DNA from: Octopus vulgaris
Lineage: Eukaryota
DNA length: 64,000 nucleotides
Assembly (NCBI GenBank): GCA_951406725.2
Contig: OX597814.1
Location: forward strand, 139,562,001-139,626,000
Direction: 5' to 3'
The notes beneath the pieces were generated by a model. The model was not told the DNA's origin and made no database searches. It saw only the letters and a list, made by a program, of their open reading frames with translations. Made by a program: the position numbers and the translations under genes. Below, piece after piece: positions 1 to 13,135 of the stretch; the stretch's first letter is position 1, and every line of letters starts with the position of its first letter.

Positions 1-87
1 TACTGGCATGGATTTGACAGTTTGACAGGCCCCATTGAGCCAGAGGACTGCACCAAGCTCCAGTTTTTGCTTTGATGTGGTTTCTCG

Positions 88-563
88 AAATCAAATTCGA
101 TGACTGGCATCCGTGTTAGTGGAGCACTAAGAGTACCATACGAGTGAGATCATTGCCAGAGCAACAAGCTGGCCTCCATGCTGATGGCACATTAAAAACA
201 CCATTCGAACGTGATCGTTTCCTGTGTCACCTTACTAGCACTTGTGCTGGTGGCATATGAAAAAACATTCAAGCGAGGTCGTTGCCAATGCTGCTGGACT
301 GGCTCCTGTGCATGTGGCACATAAAAAGCACCATTTGAGTGGAGCTGTTGCCAGTACAGCCTGACTGGCCCTCGTGCCAGTGGCACGTAAAAGCACCCAC
401 TACACTTTTGGAGTGGTTGGCATTAGGAAGGGCATCCATCTGTAGAAACTCTACCAGATCAGATTGGAGTCTGGTGCAGCAATCTGGTTCACCAGACATC
501 AGTCAAATCGTCCAACCCAAGCTAGCATGGAAAGCAGATGTTAAATGATGATGATGATGATGA
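88..563 (+). mobile_element. SINE-like retroposon, family C (internal ~55-bp tandem units, conserved tail ending in (ATG)n)
   Basis: Tail AAAGCACCCACTACAC...AGGAAGGGCATCCA...GCATGGAAAGCAGATGTTAAATGATGATG recurs many times in the window. The (ATG)n end suggests an RTE-clade partner LINE (inference). Confidence 0.8.
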
Positions 564-2078
564 GTGCTCCATGACTGGTATGCTGCAACACACTGCTGTG
601 TCACAAGGTGATGCTAGGTGATGCTAGGTGTTCCACAGTGTAACCTGAATGTAATTATTTTCCCAATACTTTTAATTATACTTTTTAGTTCAGGTGTGCC
701 GCCAAATTTTGAAAAGAATATAAGTGTACTACAAGTGAAAAAAGGTTGCAGAGCACTACTATAGCTGAATGCTCTTTCTAACACCAACCACTTACTTCAC
801 ATAGTGCACTATATTGGGTGCTTTTTACATGACACTGGCACTAGAGAGGTCACTAAGTAGCTTAAAAGAAATTGTAAATTAGGGAAGTTGCTTCATTTAC
901 TTTTTATAATAAATAATAAGCTGTTTTAATACAAGTCAGCACACATGTGCTCAAGTCTCTTGTGATTTCCCATAATTCTGCTGTTAGTAATTAATGCAAC
1001 AATACAAGATAATTACAAGATGTCTAATACTACAGTGATTTTTATAACATGCTCAAAGGCATAAGCATTGTAAATATATGAAATTATAAATTGAAACTAG
1101 AGCATTGAATTAACTGGCCACAACCTTGTTGCTATTCCATAGTGAATGTCACATATTTTAACATCTGGTCACCAATAAGTAATTAATATTCAGTTTGAAT
1201 TAACATTTTTCACTTACAACCAAATATATTTGCATATTGAGAACTTAGTATTGGCCCATGATACTTGCAATTAATAAGTGCATCCCACTTAATAGCCACA
1301 GTAATTATTTGAATTTCGTAATTAATTGAAGTGTTAGCCCTGTATTCTGTTTAAGAAAGACCAATGTATAAATGTAAATTATGATGAACTAGAATGCCGC
1401 CTGTCATATGAATGGTAACTTTGGAAGTATACTTTTGTCACCAAGGATAATATCAGGAAATATGGCATACACTCAATAATTATAATTTAACTTTTATGAC
1501 ATTTCCAGGAGCTTATATAAAATGATGACATGACTACTAAGAAATTTGAAAGAAAAATATTTATCTTAAAATAAAATTAAGTAAAACAAATTCCTCTCAC
1601 TACTATTCTCTTGCTTTCTCCTCCTCTTCCACCCCCTGTTTATTTTCTACTTCCTCCTCCTCCTCTTCTTTCACATGCGATCTCTATAATCTGCAAGACT
1701 TACACATGACATATTAACGTTACAAGTATTTAGTATTCATATACATACATACATACATATGCATGCATGCGCACATGCACATACACACACATCATCATCA
1801 TCATCATCATCATTATCATTGTTTTAAAGTCCACTTTTCCATGCTTAGTTTATTGAGGCAGATTTTCTGCAGAAAGATGTCCTTCCTGTCACCAACCTTT
1901 ATCTGTTCTGAAGCAAGGTAATATTTGCCCAAAGCCAGACATGTTCCTGCAGAATACTGAAAATGAATGGCGCTACTTCTATAACATCAACACTCATTCA
2001 CAACTATCACATGATTTCAAGACTAGGCAGTGCAAACACACACACACACACACACACGCATGCATATGTATGTACGTA

Positions 2079-3326
2079 TTGGGTCATCCCATAAATAATG
2101 CAGTTTTTTTTTAATACTTCTTTTACTTTTCAAAATTAAGATAAACAAAGTTCTTTTTCAATCTAAAATATACTCTCCTTCATTTTCTGCAATGCTCTCC
2201 ATTTATCTTGTAAACTTGCAAGGCCCCTCTTCCAAAATTCACTTGTTCATGATGAAAAATACTCCTCCAGTACTGTTCTTACCTTGTCTGCAGAATTCAT
2301 ATTTTTTCCATCCAAATAATTTTGAAGACTGCAGAATAAATGATAATCAGATGGGGCAATGTCCAGCAAATATAATGGGAGGGGCATCGTTTCTAATTTA
2401 AATTTATCTGGCCTTTGGAATGTCATCCTTGCTGTATGTAGCCAAGCATTATCATGATGGAAGAACACCTTTCGTCTTGAAACCAAAGACGGTCATTTTT
2501 CTTCTAGCACTGACTTAAACTGCTCAAGCTGCTCACAGTAGATTTCCTTTGTTATTGTTTGGTTTGGGTTTAAAAGTTCAAAATGGACTAAACCTTTCAT
2601 ATCCCATCAAACAGATAACAGCACCTTATGTGGGCAAAGACCTTCTTTAGCCTGGAGTGCTGGTGTTTCTGCTTTCCCTACCCACTGTCTCCAGCACTTG
2701 ACATTTTTATAGAGAATCCATTTCTTGTCACCAGTCACTATTCAGTCCAAAAAGGTTCGTTCATGAAATATGACAGCAAAGAAGAGCACACATTCACTCT
2801 CTGCATGCAATTAGCCTTGGAAAGTTTGTGAGGAACCCATTGACCCAATTTGCTGACTTTTCCAGTGGTAGCACAGATGTCGATGAATGATTGAATGACC
2901 AAATCCAACAGTTATGATGGGATTTTGTTCCACCAAGGTTTGTAGGACATTCTTATCAAGCCCTACAGATCTTCCAGAATGAGGTTCGTCTTCTAGGCTG
3001 TAGTTTCCGGACTGGAATTTCTGGAACCACCGTTGATACTGGCTTGCACTTATTGTCTGATCCCCATATACTGCATTGATATTCCTTGCACTTTCTGTTG
3101 CATTGTTGCCTTTATTGATCTCATAAAGCAAAATATGCCAAATATCATAGCTTCAAAAAAATAACTGTTAAAATCAAACTGCACTCTTCAAAACTTGCAT
3201 TAAGTACAATGTAAAATTACTTGCTGCTTTTATAGCAAGTTGATGCAGGTAGTTTATCCCATCTCCCTCCAACTTTTAGTTCAAGCAATTGAAAAAAAAA
3301 ACTGCATTATTTATGAGATGACCCAA
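2079..3326 (-). mobile_element. Near full-length degenerate mariner (DD34D-type) DNA transposon
   Basis: TIRs TTGGGTCATCCCATAAATAATGCAG / CTGCATTATTTATGAGATGACCCAA, with TA on the left. Minus-strand transposase fragments carry an HTH region, VTGD(K)KW, HDNAWLH and DIAPSDYHLF (ORFs 2811..3131, 2247..2486); frameshifts and stops are present. Confidence 0.95.
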
Positions 3327-3676
3327 AATTATATGATTAAGAAAATTGTAATATGCATGTCTTTCTTTTGCCTTTCTTTTACTTGTTTCAATCATTAGAC
3401 AGCAGCCATGCTGGGGCACTGACTTGAAGAATTTTTACTTGAATGAATCAACCCCAGTACATTTTTTTTTTTAAAGCCAGGTACTAATACTATCAATCTC
3501 TTTTGCTGAACCACTAAGTTACAGGGATGTAAACACGCTAGATCAGTTATCAAGCTGTGCATCCATTGTCCATGGGCTGGACGGTGTGACCAGGGTCGGT
3601 AAGCTGAGGACTCACCAGACACCAGTCTGATTTGACATGGTTTCTACAGCTGCATGCCCTTCCTAATGCCAACCAC

Positions 3677-3708
<32 letters not shown>

Positions 3709-3713
<5 letters not shown>

Positions 3714-3895
3714 AAATGAGAAAATGGAGAAATATATCTAAATCATTCATCAACTATCAGATAATACCGAATCATATACTTTATTAAAACTTTATTGTTT
3801 TATATACTTTATTGTTTTAATAAAGTATATGATTCGGTATTATCTGATAGTTGATGAATGATTTAGATATATTTCTCCATTTTCTCATTTTGTAT
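3709..3895. repeat. Perfect 82-bp inverted repeat with 23-nt spacer, next to (TA)n; probable Penelope-like element remnant
   Basis: 3709-3790 is the exact reverse complement of 3814-3895 (checked base by base). The PLE origin is inference. Confidence 0.9.
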
Positions 3896-4083
3896 TATTA
3901 ATTTATGGTAAAAATAATTTTACCGTTGCCCACCTAATATAGTAAATGAATTAATTGCATCGCAATTCTTAACATTTATGTATTAGCTTTGTTGGGTACT
4001 TATCTAGCAGTATATTGGATATATGTTATCCCATGGAGGGTTGAATTTACAACCCCTATCTCATTTTATATATATATATATAT

Positions 4084-4243
4084 ACGATGGGCATCTTTCA
4101 GTTTCCGTCTACCAAGTCCACTCACAAGGCTTTGGTCAGCCTGAAGCTATAGTAGATGACACTTGCCCAGGATTCCATGCAGTGGGGCTGAACCCAGAGC
4201 CATGTGTGGCAAGCTACTTACTACACAGCCATTCCTGCACCTA
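4084..4243 (-). mobile_element. tRNA-derived SINE family A, 5' half
   Basis: Reverse complement of the family A head (GGCTGTGTAGTAAGTAGCTTG...GGGCAAGTGTC...GAAACTGAAAGA). Further partial copies at ~4464-4616, 6590-6710, 12200-12345, 16785-16943 and 30165-30270. Confidence 0.8.
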
Positions 4244-4245
4244 TC

Positions 4246-4299
<54 letters not shown>

Positions 4300-4331
4300 T
4301 CATCATCATCATCATCATCGTTTAGCATCCG

Positions 4332-4461
<130 letters not shown>

Positions 4462-5678
4462 CATGATGGGCTTCTTTCAGTTTCTGTCTACCAAATCCAT
4501 TCCCAAGGCTTTGGTTGGCACAAAGCTATAGGATCCAAGGTGCTACTCAGTGTGACTGGATCCCAAATCATGTAGTTGGAAAGCAAGCTTCTTACCACAC
4601 AGCTATGACTGTGCTTAGATACATAATATATATAGATATAAAAGGAGAAAAAGAGAGAAAGAGATAGAGATGTTATGTGTCTGTATATGAGTGTGTATGC
4701 ACGTGCCTGTGTGTCTGTATGCATAAGTATCTGTCTAACATACAAAAGAATGAAAATGATTTCTGAGCATAAAAACAATTTTCCTACCAAATTCTTATTC
4801 ATGGTTACCTGAAAGTTAAAAATTACTTAAGTTGTATCATAGTTAAGTATGTTGAGGCAAGTCATAATTCTTTGGCTGTTGCTACAAATTTCTATCTAAA
4901 ATTATCATATGCAGCACATCCTTGAAATATTTTCTTTCACAAACACTGAACTTCAAGTTCTTGGCTTCCAAACTTGCATATATGTACAGTGATAGACTTT
5001 GCCATATTCAGAAACCAAAAATATCTTTCAACCTTTTAAACATAATTGACCTTTCTCACCCTACTTCACTTTAACCTCTCCTATCCACTCAGACTTGTTC
5101 AAGTTGCTTTTACAATACTGCCTTTCTTTCTATATATATATATATATATATATGGTATTATATTTTCTACATATATTTATATAAATATGACTGTAGATGT
5201 GTAATTGCTGAGTTTGTACAGCAACAATTCTCAAACAGTGTTCTGCATCACCCTGGGATGCCACCACTGGGGTCAAAGTGCATCACAGACTTTTTAGAAA
5301 ATATAATTTAAGGCTTAAGAAGATCCATGCTAATGCCTCTTAAAAAATATTTTGTTTTCTATAATTTTCTTATGTACAAGTATGAATAATTCTTTCTAAT
5401 TTTGGCACATGACAGAAATTTTAAGAGGAGGAAAAAGTTAATTATGTCAAGCTCAGCACTTGAATAGCACTTTATGTTATCGACCCTGAAAGGATAAAAA
5501 TCAAAGTCAGACTCGGCAGAATTTGCACACAGAATGTAAAGAACCAGAAGAAATGCTGCTTAGCATTTTATCCAACATGCTAATAATTCTTCCATCTGGC
5601 TGTCTTAGATACAAATATGAATCATAAAACAAGACATGCAATAATTTTCTATATTTTAACCTAAATTTTGAGGTTTAA

Positions 5679-5899
5679 CCCTTTAACATTTAAACCGGCC
5701 ATATCCGGCCAGAAGTATTCTGCCTGTTTTATGTTCAAACTGGCCAGATCTGGTCTCTCAGGCCAATCCTACAATATTGTTTTAAAAATTAACAGCTACC
5801 TCATCAAAATCTTATAGCTACAAGATAATGCATGATTAGTTCAAAACAATGTGGATAAAAAAGGATTAATTTTGGCAGAATAACACGAACATTAAAGGG
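5679..5899 (+). mobile_element. piggyBac-type MITE
   Basis: TTAA on both sides (5675-5678, 5900-5903) with CCCTTTAA...TTAAAGGG termini. Homologous copies at 13136-13768 (-) and 40948-41154 (+). Confidence 0.85.
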
Positions 5900-6178
5900 T
5901 TAAAACATAGATTCATTTTTAACTTTCCAACTGAAATGCACCAATAGTTCTTGTTCTTAATTTTAACCCACAGAACATTATAAAGTGAAAAACATTGAGA
6001 ACCACTCTTATTGGGTACTGAACAATTATTTCATGCAGTCTTTGGTTTAAATCCATGTCAGGTTTCATTGCATATTTAACTCTCACACTCTCATCTATTT
6101 CCAAATCTCCAAGTATTGCGCAAAGTTAAGGTAAAGACATACACATACAAATGCATATATATATGTATGTGTTTGTGC

Positions 6179-6218
<40 letters not shown>

Positions 6219-6446
6219 GTTTATAGGACTACAAGAAAGAAGTGCTCAAATGAAATTGAGACAGAGACAAAAAACATTGATTAGAGAACAAACATCAAAT
6301 TCAAGTCAACAACTTTATATAACACTACGCTTCTATACATTTCATCATGTGTGTGTGTGTATGTGTGTGTGTGTGTGTGTGTGTGTAATTAATAAAAAGA
6401 AAACAACAACGTATTAATAAGACGCTCAGAAAAGTAAATAAAGGGA

Positions 6447-6481
6447 GTTTTACGTTTCGAGCAAAGCTCTTCTTCAGAAAC
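6447..6481 (-). ncRNA. Minimal type I hammerhead ribozyme motif in a Penelope-type terminal fragment
   Basis: Minus strand reads GTTT-CTGAAGA-A-GAGC-TTT-GCTC-GAAA-CG-TA-AAAC: 4-bp stem I, intact CUGANGA and GAAA boxes, 4-bp stem II, palindromic ACGT in place of stem III, and a GUA cleavage triplet. Confidence 0.65.
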
Positions 6482-6933
6482 AGTAGACAGAGGAAAGTCC
6501 AAGAGAAAAGGAAGACAGAAGAAAAAAATCACCAACAGTCCACATGTGGTTACATCTGGGAATATTTATATATATATATAAATGACATAATTCTTTCAGT
6601 TTCCAGACACCTAATCTGCTCACAAGGCTTTGGTCAGCTAGGGGTTATAACAGAAGACACTTGGACAAGGTGCCATGTAGTGAGACTGAACCAGAAACTT
6701 TGTGGTTTGGGAACGACCACATTTCAGGTTGCTCTGAAGATATAGTCAGCATACAAGTAACAAACAGAGTTAAAGATATTTATAAGGGAAGCGCTTCATG
6801 TAATTTCATCATGAATGACATCTAATGCTTTTTTTCACAGCTCCGCTAAGAGAAATAACTACCTGTCACTTAATGGTAGACATCAATAAATGATTCATTA
6901 ACACACACATACACAATCACAAACACGCATAAG

Positions 6934-6991
<58 letters not shown>

Positions 6992-7846
6992 CACACATAT
7001 GTATGTATGTATGTATAATGATAGTTACTTTATGTTTTCTGATAAAGAGTATAAGTTTATTTTCTGCTTCTTGTTTCTCAGTCCAGCATCTACCTTCATT
7101 GTATTTTGGTATAAAAAAATTGATTTACAATAACGATGATGATAATGATGGTAATGAAAATAATGATTGTTATCGAAAACTGTTTAGTATTCAGAAAAGT
7201 ATATGTAGAATAACAGCACCGCCTTTTATATAATAAGAACAGTGAATTTATTAAGATGGCATGACAGTTAAATTGCACCATTTCTAGTGAAGATTACAGT
7301 TCTTTTGGCTGCCAATAACATTGTCTGAAGAAAGTACAGCCGTAGTCTGTAATAAATACCTCCATTCTCTTGTCTATTGATGAGAGGTAAGTTTATCTGT
7401 TAGGTTTCTACTCAAGCGGTCTGCGTTGCAGAATCCAGGAAACACAGTTGAATCGGAAGTAGTTTAGAGTATTTTAAAGTTGGCACCAAATCAGGAGTAA
7501 TAAAAATCTATCACAGATACACATATAGGATTGCTATGACAATTGTAGGTTTCCCAATTGGTTATTGATCTCTTTTTGCAAAGAATAGGAACTCTACTTT
7601 TCTTTTAGTTTTTCCATTGTGTCAATGTACTTGGAATATAGGTTGCAGAGCACTTTACTCTATTAATATATATTTTTGCATCTTGTTTCAGGAAAGTTGC
7701 TTACAAATTCCATTGAATTAGTAACTTATCTGATGAAATATTAGTCTATATCATACTTTTATTTTTCACAAAAGACAAATACTTTCCAAGACTGTGGAAG
7801 TACATGTGTATGTTAGAGAGAGAGGAAGAGAGAGAGAGAAAATGTG

Positions 7847-7886
<40 letters not shown>

Positions 7887-8744
7887 GCGCGCGTGTGTGT
7901 GCGCGCGTGTGTGTGCGCGCGTGTGCGTGTGTGTATGTGTGTGTATGTGTGCATGTGTGCATTATTGTTTATAAAATGTTCTGACCTATATGTGTGTGTG
8001 TATGTATGTATCTATGTGTGTATGTATGTATGTATGTATGTATCTATCTATCTATCTATCTATCTATCTACGTATACACACATACATGCAATATTAAATA
8101 CACATATATATATATGTAGAGAGAGAGAGAGAGACAAATAGATGTATATACTTACAGATATATAGATATATACATGTATACATACATATACATACATATA
8201 TATACATATATATATATATATACATACATATATATTACTATATACATTACTTTGGTTTCATTTAGAATAACTTCTAATCTTTTCCATACCATATTCTCCC
8301 TCGCTTTAAGTATTCTGCTCTTATCCTGTCCTCCCTCTCAGTCATATATCTCTGTTATTTACCTGCTCATTTCAGTCTATCAATCACACCTTTTGCACAT
8401 TCTCATATTTATCTAAGCTACCTTTCTTCTCCATCTTCTCTCTTTCTCTTTCTCTTTCTCTTTCTCTCTCTCTCTCCCTGTATGTGAGTGTGTTTGTGAA
8501 CACATACGTACACACACACACATACATACGTACATGCTTGCATATATATGCACGTAGATACATACATAATACATACATACATACATAATACATAAACATA
8601 CATACATGCATAAATACACACATACTCATACACACATATATAGACAGTTATATCAGAGGAAAATATATTTATATATGTAGATATGTACTTATATATATGT
8701 GTGTGTATGTGTGTGTGTGTGTCTGTGTGTGTGTCTGTGTGTAT

Positions 8745-8786
<42 letters not shown>

Positions 8787-8922
8787 CACATAAAATGGAA
8801 ATATGTATTATATATGATGCTATTATGTGTAGTTTTTTGTTTTTTTTTTTTTTTCATGCTAGCATGGAAAGCGGATGGTAAATGATGATGATGATATATA
8901 TGGGTGTATGTATGTATGTATG

Positions 8923-8971
<49 letters not shown>

Positions 8972-9034
8972 ATATATATATATGTATGTATATGTACATA
9001 TATATGTGTGCATGTGTATACATACATATATACT

Positions 9035-9070
<36 letters not shown>

Positions 9071-9138
9071 CCTCTAATATAACTATATTCTTTCTTCTTC
9101 ATCCTTGCTATTCCTTTTACTTTTCCACTCACTGTTCA

Positions 9139-9169
<31 letters not shown>

Positions 9170-10829
9170 TCTTTCTTTCTTTTCTTCTCTTTTCCCTCAC
9201 ACATTCTTGCAATCAATAAAATGATAGTAGCCCGAAGCTGTTAAGTAGTATAGTAACTTGTATTATTCTACAAACCAAATTATTAGAAAATCTTTTCTAG
9301 CAATACATAGCTTTGTTTTCACAAATTCTTTGCTTATACGGATGAAATTGTTCACATAGCAATAAAGAAAAGAATATATTTACTAAGAATAGATAATAAA
9401 AACTTCAAGAATTGTTGGTTGCAAATAGAATCTAGCAAAATGCTACATTATCTATAATTGATTTGAAATTAATTTCCAAAAATAGAATACTGACATATTT
9501 ATTTTTTATTTATGGAGGTTTAAATAGAAGAAATTATAGGTTATTTTGGGTTTTTTTTTGTTTTATGTAAATAATTTTTCATATTGAAGATTAATGTTAA
9601 AAATTATAACCAAGGATAATGTCTATGAAAGTCATATGTCTATTAAAATTTTATACATGTTGCATGTCTGATGATATTTGTATATTTGTGCATGCATGAG
9701 AGTAACATCACTGCCGACTACTGCTGCTGCTGCTGCTGTTGTTGTTGTTGTTAAGGGTGATTAGGTGATGGTCTAGGGCTTAGGGGCGGGAGACCCCAGA
9801 CCTTGGAAAAAAAAAAACTTTGGTCCTCTTGTTGTAGTCGAGGGCTCTTCGTTGACACCCGACACCACTGGGAGGTGGCTCTTGAAGTTGCTGGAAACGG
9901 AGATTTCCAAGTCCAAATTCTTGAATGGCTGCTGCTGCTGTTGCCACCAATGTCTTCGCCAACACCATCACTGCCACCACCATCACCACTGCCACCACCA
10001 CTATTATTTGTCTGCCAAATGTTCCATCTTGTTTTTAAGCCTTACCTATTTTCCAAGTAAAGGATCTCTTATTCAACATCTTTGAAGATGCGCAAAGACA
10101 GAAGAGGATTAGTTGACAGAAAAATAGTCACACCTGTCTCATGATACTACAAAACTTGTCCACTCATTCAGATATGAGCCAATGTCGCTCATATGTAGAT
10201 CTCAATGCAGCTCTCAAATAATTCAGCTATGAGCCAATGTAGCTGTCTTCTACATAATCACTGAACCTGCAAGAAATAGCAAATAAATCTCCCTTAAGAC
10301 CACACCCTAAGTATATGGAGTACTAAGGCCTGGATATACAGTGGGATGGTCAAGACTGGAATGTCCTTAATCATAGTTCTTCTTCATCAGGCCTAGCCTA
10401 ATGCTAAACAAAAAAAAATGATATAAACATTACTTATTCTCCTCCTTGTTCTTGTTGGCGTTGCTGTCATTGTCATCATTATCTCCATCATCATCAACAT
10501 CAAGTGTTTTATCTTCCACTGTTCTGTGCTTGCATGGGTCTGATGGAATTCATTGAGGCATATTTTCAATAGCTGGATGCCATTCTCATTGCCAACCCAA
10601 ACCTGTTCCTAAGTATGGTAATATTTCCACATAGCTGGACATGCTTTCACAGAATATTTGAAGCAAGGGACACTATTTGTATGATAATGATGCTCATTTA
10701 TTACTATCTCATGATGCTGAAATTAGGAAGCACAAACACACACACATTGAACTTATGAACACACACACTCCTACATTGCACACACACACACACACATACA
10801 AACACACATATACTAGAGTAAGCACATAG

Positions 10830-11640
10830 ATGTGAGACCAGGTGGAAAAAAGAGTACTCAAATACCAGAGGTAGAGTAATATGTTTTATTTAAAAACAGC
10901 AGAAATATAACAAAAGCTGTTACTCAGAGTTTCACGTTCCCGTTCATTGAACAGTTTTGTTAAAATGGAACAGAAATAACGATACACCTTTAAAAATGGA
11001 TGTTTCATTGGTCGTTTCAATTAACGGTCTTAAGCATGCAATGAACAAAATAAATGAATTCAATATAAATTCATCCTATTGTAAACTCGAAGAAAACCTT
11101 AAATCAAAGAGTGGATTCAAAATACATATTGTAAATAATTATATACGAACTTATAAGTCAATACATTAAAATTTTCACGCTGCATTACATAAATATTTTA
11201 CAACAGTATCTACCCATACTAGACCATCTATAATATACATATATACATCAAAATACACAGATGCATGCACATAGTTACATATATATACAGGCATATATAT
11301 GTAATACATGAATATACGCACAAATACACATATACATACATGCACACAACCATGCCCGCATACGAAAATCTCTTGATGTATACATATAGAAGTCAGTTAT
11401 AACAGACAAGATAGATAGGAAATATGTCTTAAACGTAGAGAGGGGGGAAAGAAAAAGAAAATAATAAGGATCCTAAACGTAACAGCAAGCGAAAGAAAGC
11501 GGTAAGTGGGGAGAAGAGGAACGCATTGTTTAAGGATGTTATCAAAGTAACGAATAGGGAGAGAAAGGATACTTTGCGTAAGGAAAGAGAAAAGAAAGAA
11601 GGAAAGACCTATTGAGGCAAGTGTAAACAAACCAAAATCG
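10830..11640 (-). mobile_element. Probable Penelope-like element terminal/UTR remnant containing a degenerate hammerhead fold (10911-10959)
   Basis: Minus strand CAAAACTGT-TCAATGA-ACG-GGAA-CGT-GAAA-CTC-T-GAG-TA-ACAGCTTTTG forms all three hammerhead helices, but the CUGANGA box is mutated. Boundaries are approximate. Confidence 0.5.
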
Positions 11641-11667
11641 CTGATGTGACCAATGACAGGACCATTT

Positions 11668-12077
11668 GATTGGCACTCGTGCCATTGGAACGTTAAAAGC
11701 ACATCCGAGCGCGACTGTTGTCAGGGCCACGGATTGGCTCCTGTGCTGGTGGCACGTGAAAAACAACATTTGAGCGTGGTTGTTGCCAGTGCCGCCAGAC
11801 TAGCTCCCATGCAGGTAGCATTTAAAAACACCTTTTGAGTGTGAGCGTGGTCGTTGCCAGAACCGCCTGACTGGCCCTCGTACTGGTGGCACGTAAAAGC
11901 ACCCACTACACTCTCAGAGTGGTTGGCATTAGGAAGGGCATCCAGCTGTAGAAACTTTGCCAGACTAGACTGAGCCTAGTGCAGCCTCTAGCTCACCAGC
12001 CCTCAATCAAACCATCCAACCCATGCCAGCATGGAAAGCGGACGTTAAATGATGATGATGATGATGATGATGATGAT
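11668..12077 (+). mobile_element. SINE-like family C copy
   Basis: Tandem GGTGGCACGTAAAA... units followed by the conserved tail and (ATG)n. Confidence 0.85.
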
Positions 12078-12912
12078 ATATATATACACACACACATATA
12101 TAAGTATGCATATGTATACATATATATATATATATATTTGTGTACATATATATATTTATATATATACACACACATACACACACACATACATATAGATTGG
12201 GATCTTTTAGTTTTCATCTGTCAAATCTACTCAAAAGGCTTAGTCAACTCAGGGTGATAGTAAAAGAGACTTGCCCAAGGTGTCACACACAGTGGGATTG
12301 AACCCCCAAATCACATGGTTTGAAAGCAAATTCCATGCCTGCACCTATCATATCCACACAATATCTCACCAGTCTCAAAGAGCCTGCAAATGCCATGGGC
12401 ACGTCCATTTCTTTCAGACCAAGGAAGTGAAAATAATGGTGAGAGGAAGGGACAAGTTGATGAAAGGAGTAATATTTAAATCCTGAAAAGCTGTTCAGCA
12501 GTGCTGAGAAAATACATCTGTTCAATACATTTCACAGAATAGTGACTGATGTATTTTTATTCTCAAAGCAAAGCCACAAAATAACTAGTGTTTGGTATGA
12601 CATGAGAATAAATCAATTAAAGTTACACAACCACAGATAAACTGAAAAGAAATTCCAATATCCTTTATCATTCTTGGAGAAAGCCATAACTCACTCTATT
12701 GGCTGTTTAGAAAAGATGATAAATCTTTAATATAAGGAGTTTAGAATGAAGGTGTCTAGATATTCTCAATATAATTTTTATGTGCTATCCTCCAAGGAAT
12801 AAAATTTTGCAAAGCAATATTTATACCCTCACAAGTGGATATATTGGATATACATGGATAGATTCATATAGGTTTGCTTGATCAGGCTAGACCCAGGGCT
12901 ATACAACAACAA

Positions 12913-12944
<32 letters not shown>

Positions 12945-13135
12945 ATAGATGGATTCCCATGTTTGTATGTGATGTCAACAGCAAAATAACATTGAATTTC
13001 CCAATGAAACAACAAAGATCTATGAATGCTTGAGATTTTACATGGATAGTGATAGCAATGGAAGAAATCTCATTGAAATGGTCACCAAGGTTTACTAACC
13101 ATCTCCAGAGATATTTGAATATTTTGCCATATTAA

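Noticed and set aside
190-400. CRISPR-like repeat-spacer appearance of family C units and the 42-bp array at 50691
   Set aside because: The context is a eukaryotic retroposon, the 'spacers' are homologous to one another and there are no cas genes.
1218-1327. Possible minus-strand exon (acceptor TCTTTCTTAAACAG, donor GTAAGT, one open frame)
   Set aside because: No recognisable protein and no partner exons; plausible by chance in AT-rich DNA.
7268-7292. AATTGCAC (miR-92-type seed)
   Set aside because: The rest of the sequence does not match a miR-92 mature sequence and there is no precursor hairpin.
7766-9219. Many overlapping 60-125 aa ORFs (YIYI, CVCV, HTHT), also at 25.4-26.4, 39.8-40.4, 41.9-42.3, 49.1-49.8, 53.9-54.3 and 61.5-63.6 kb
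   Set aside because: These are translations of stop-free microsatellites, with no coding signal.
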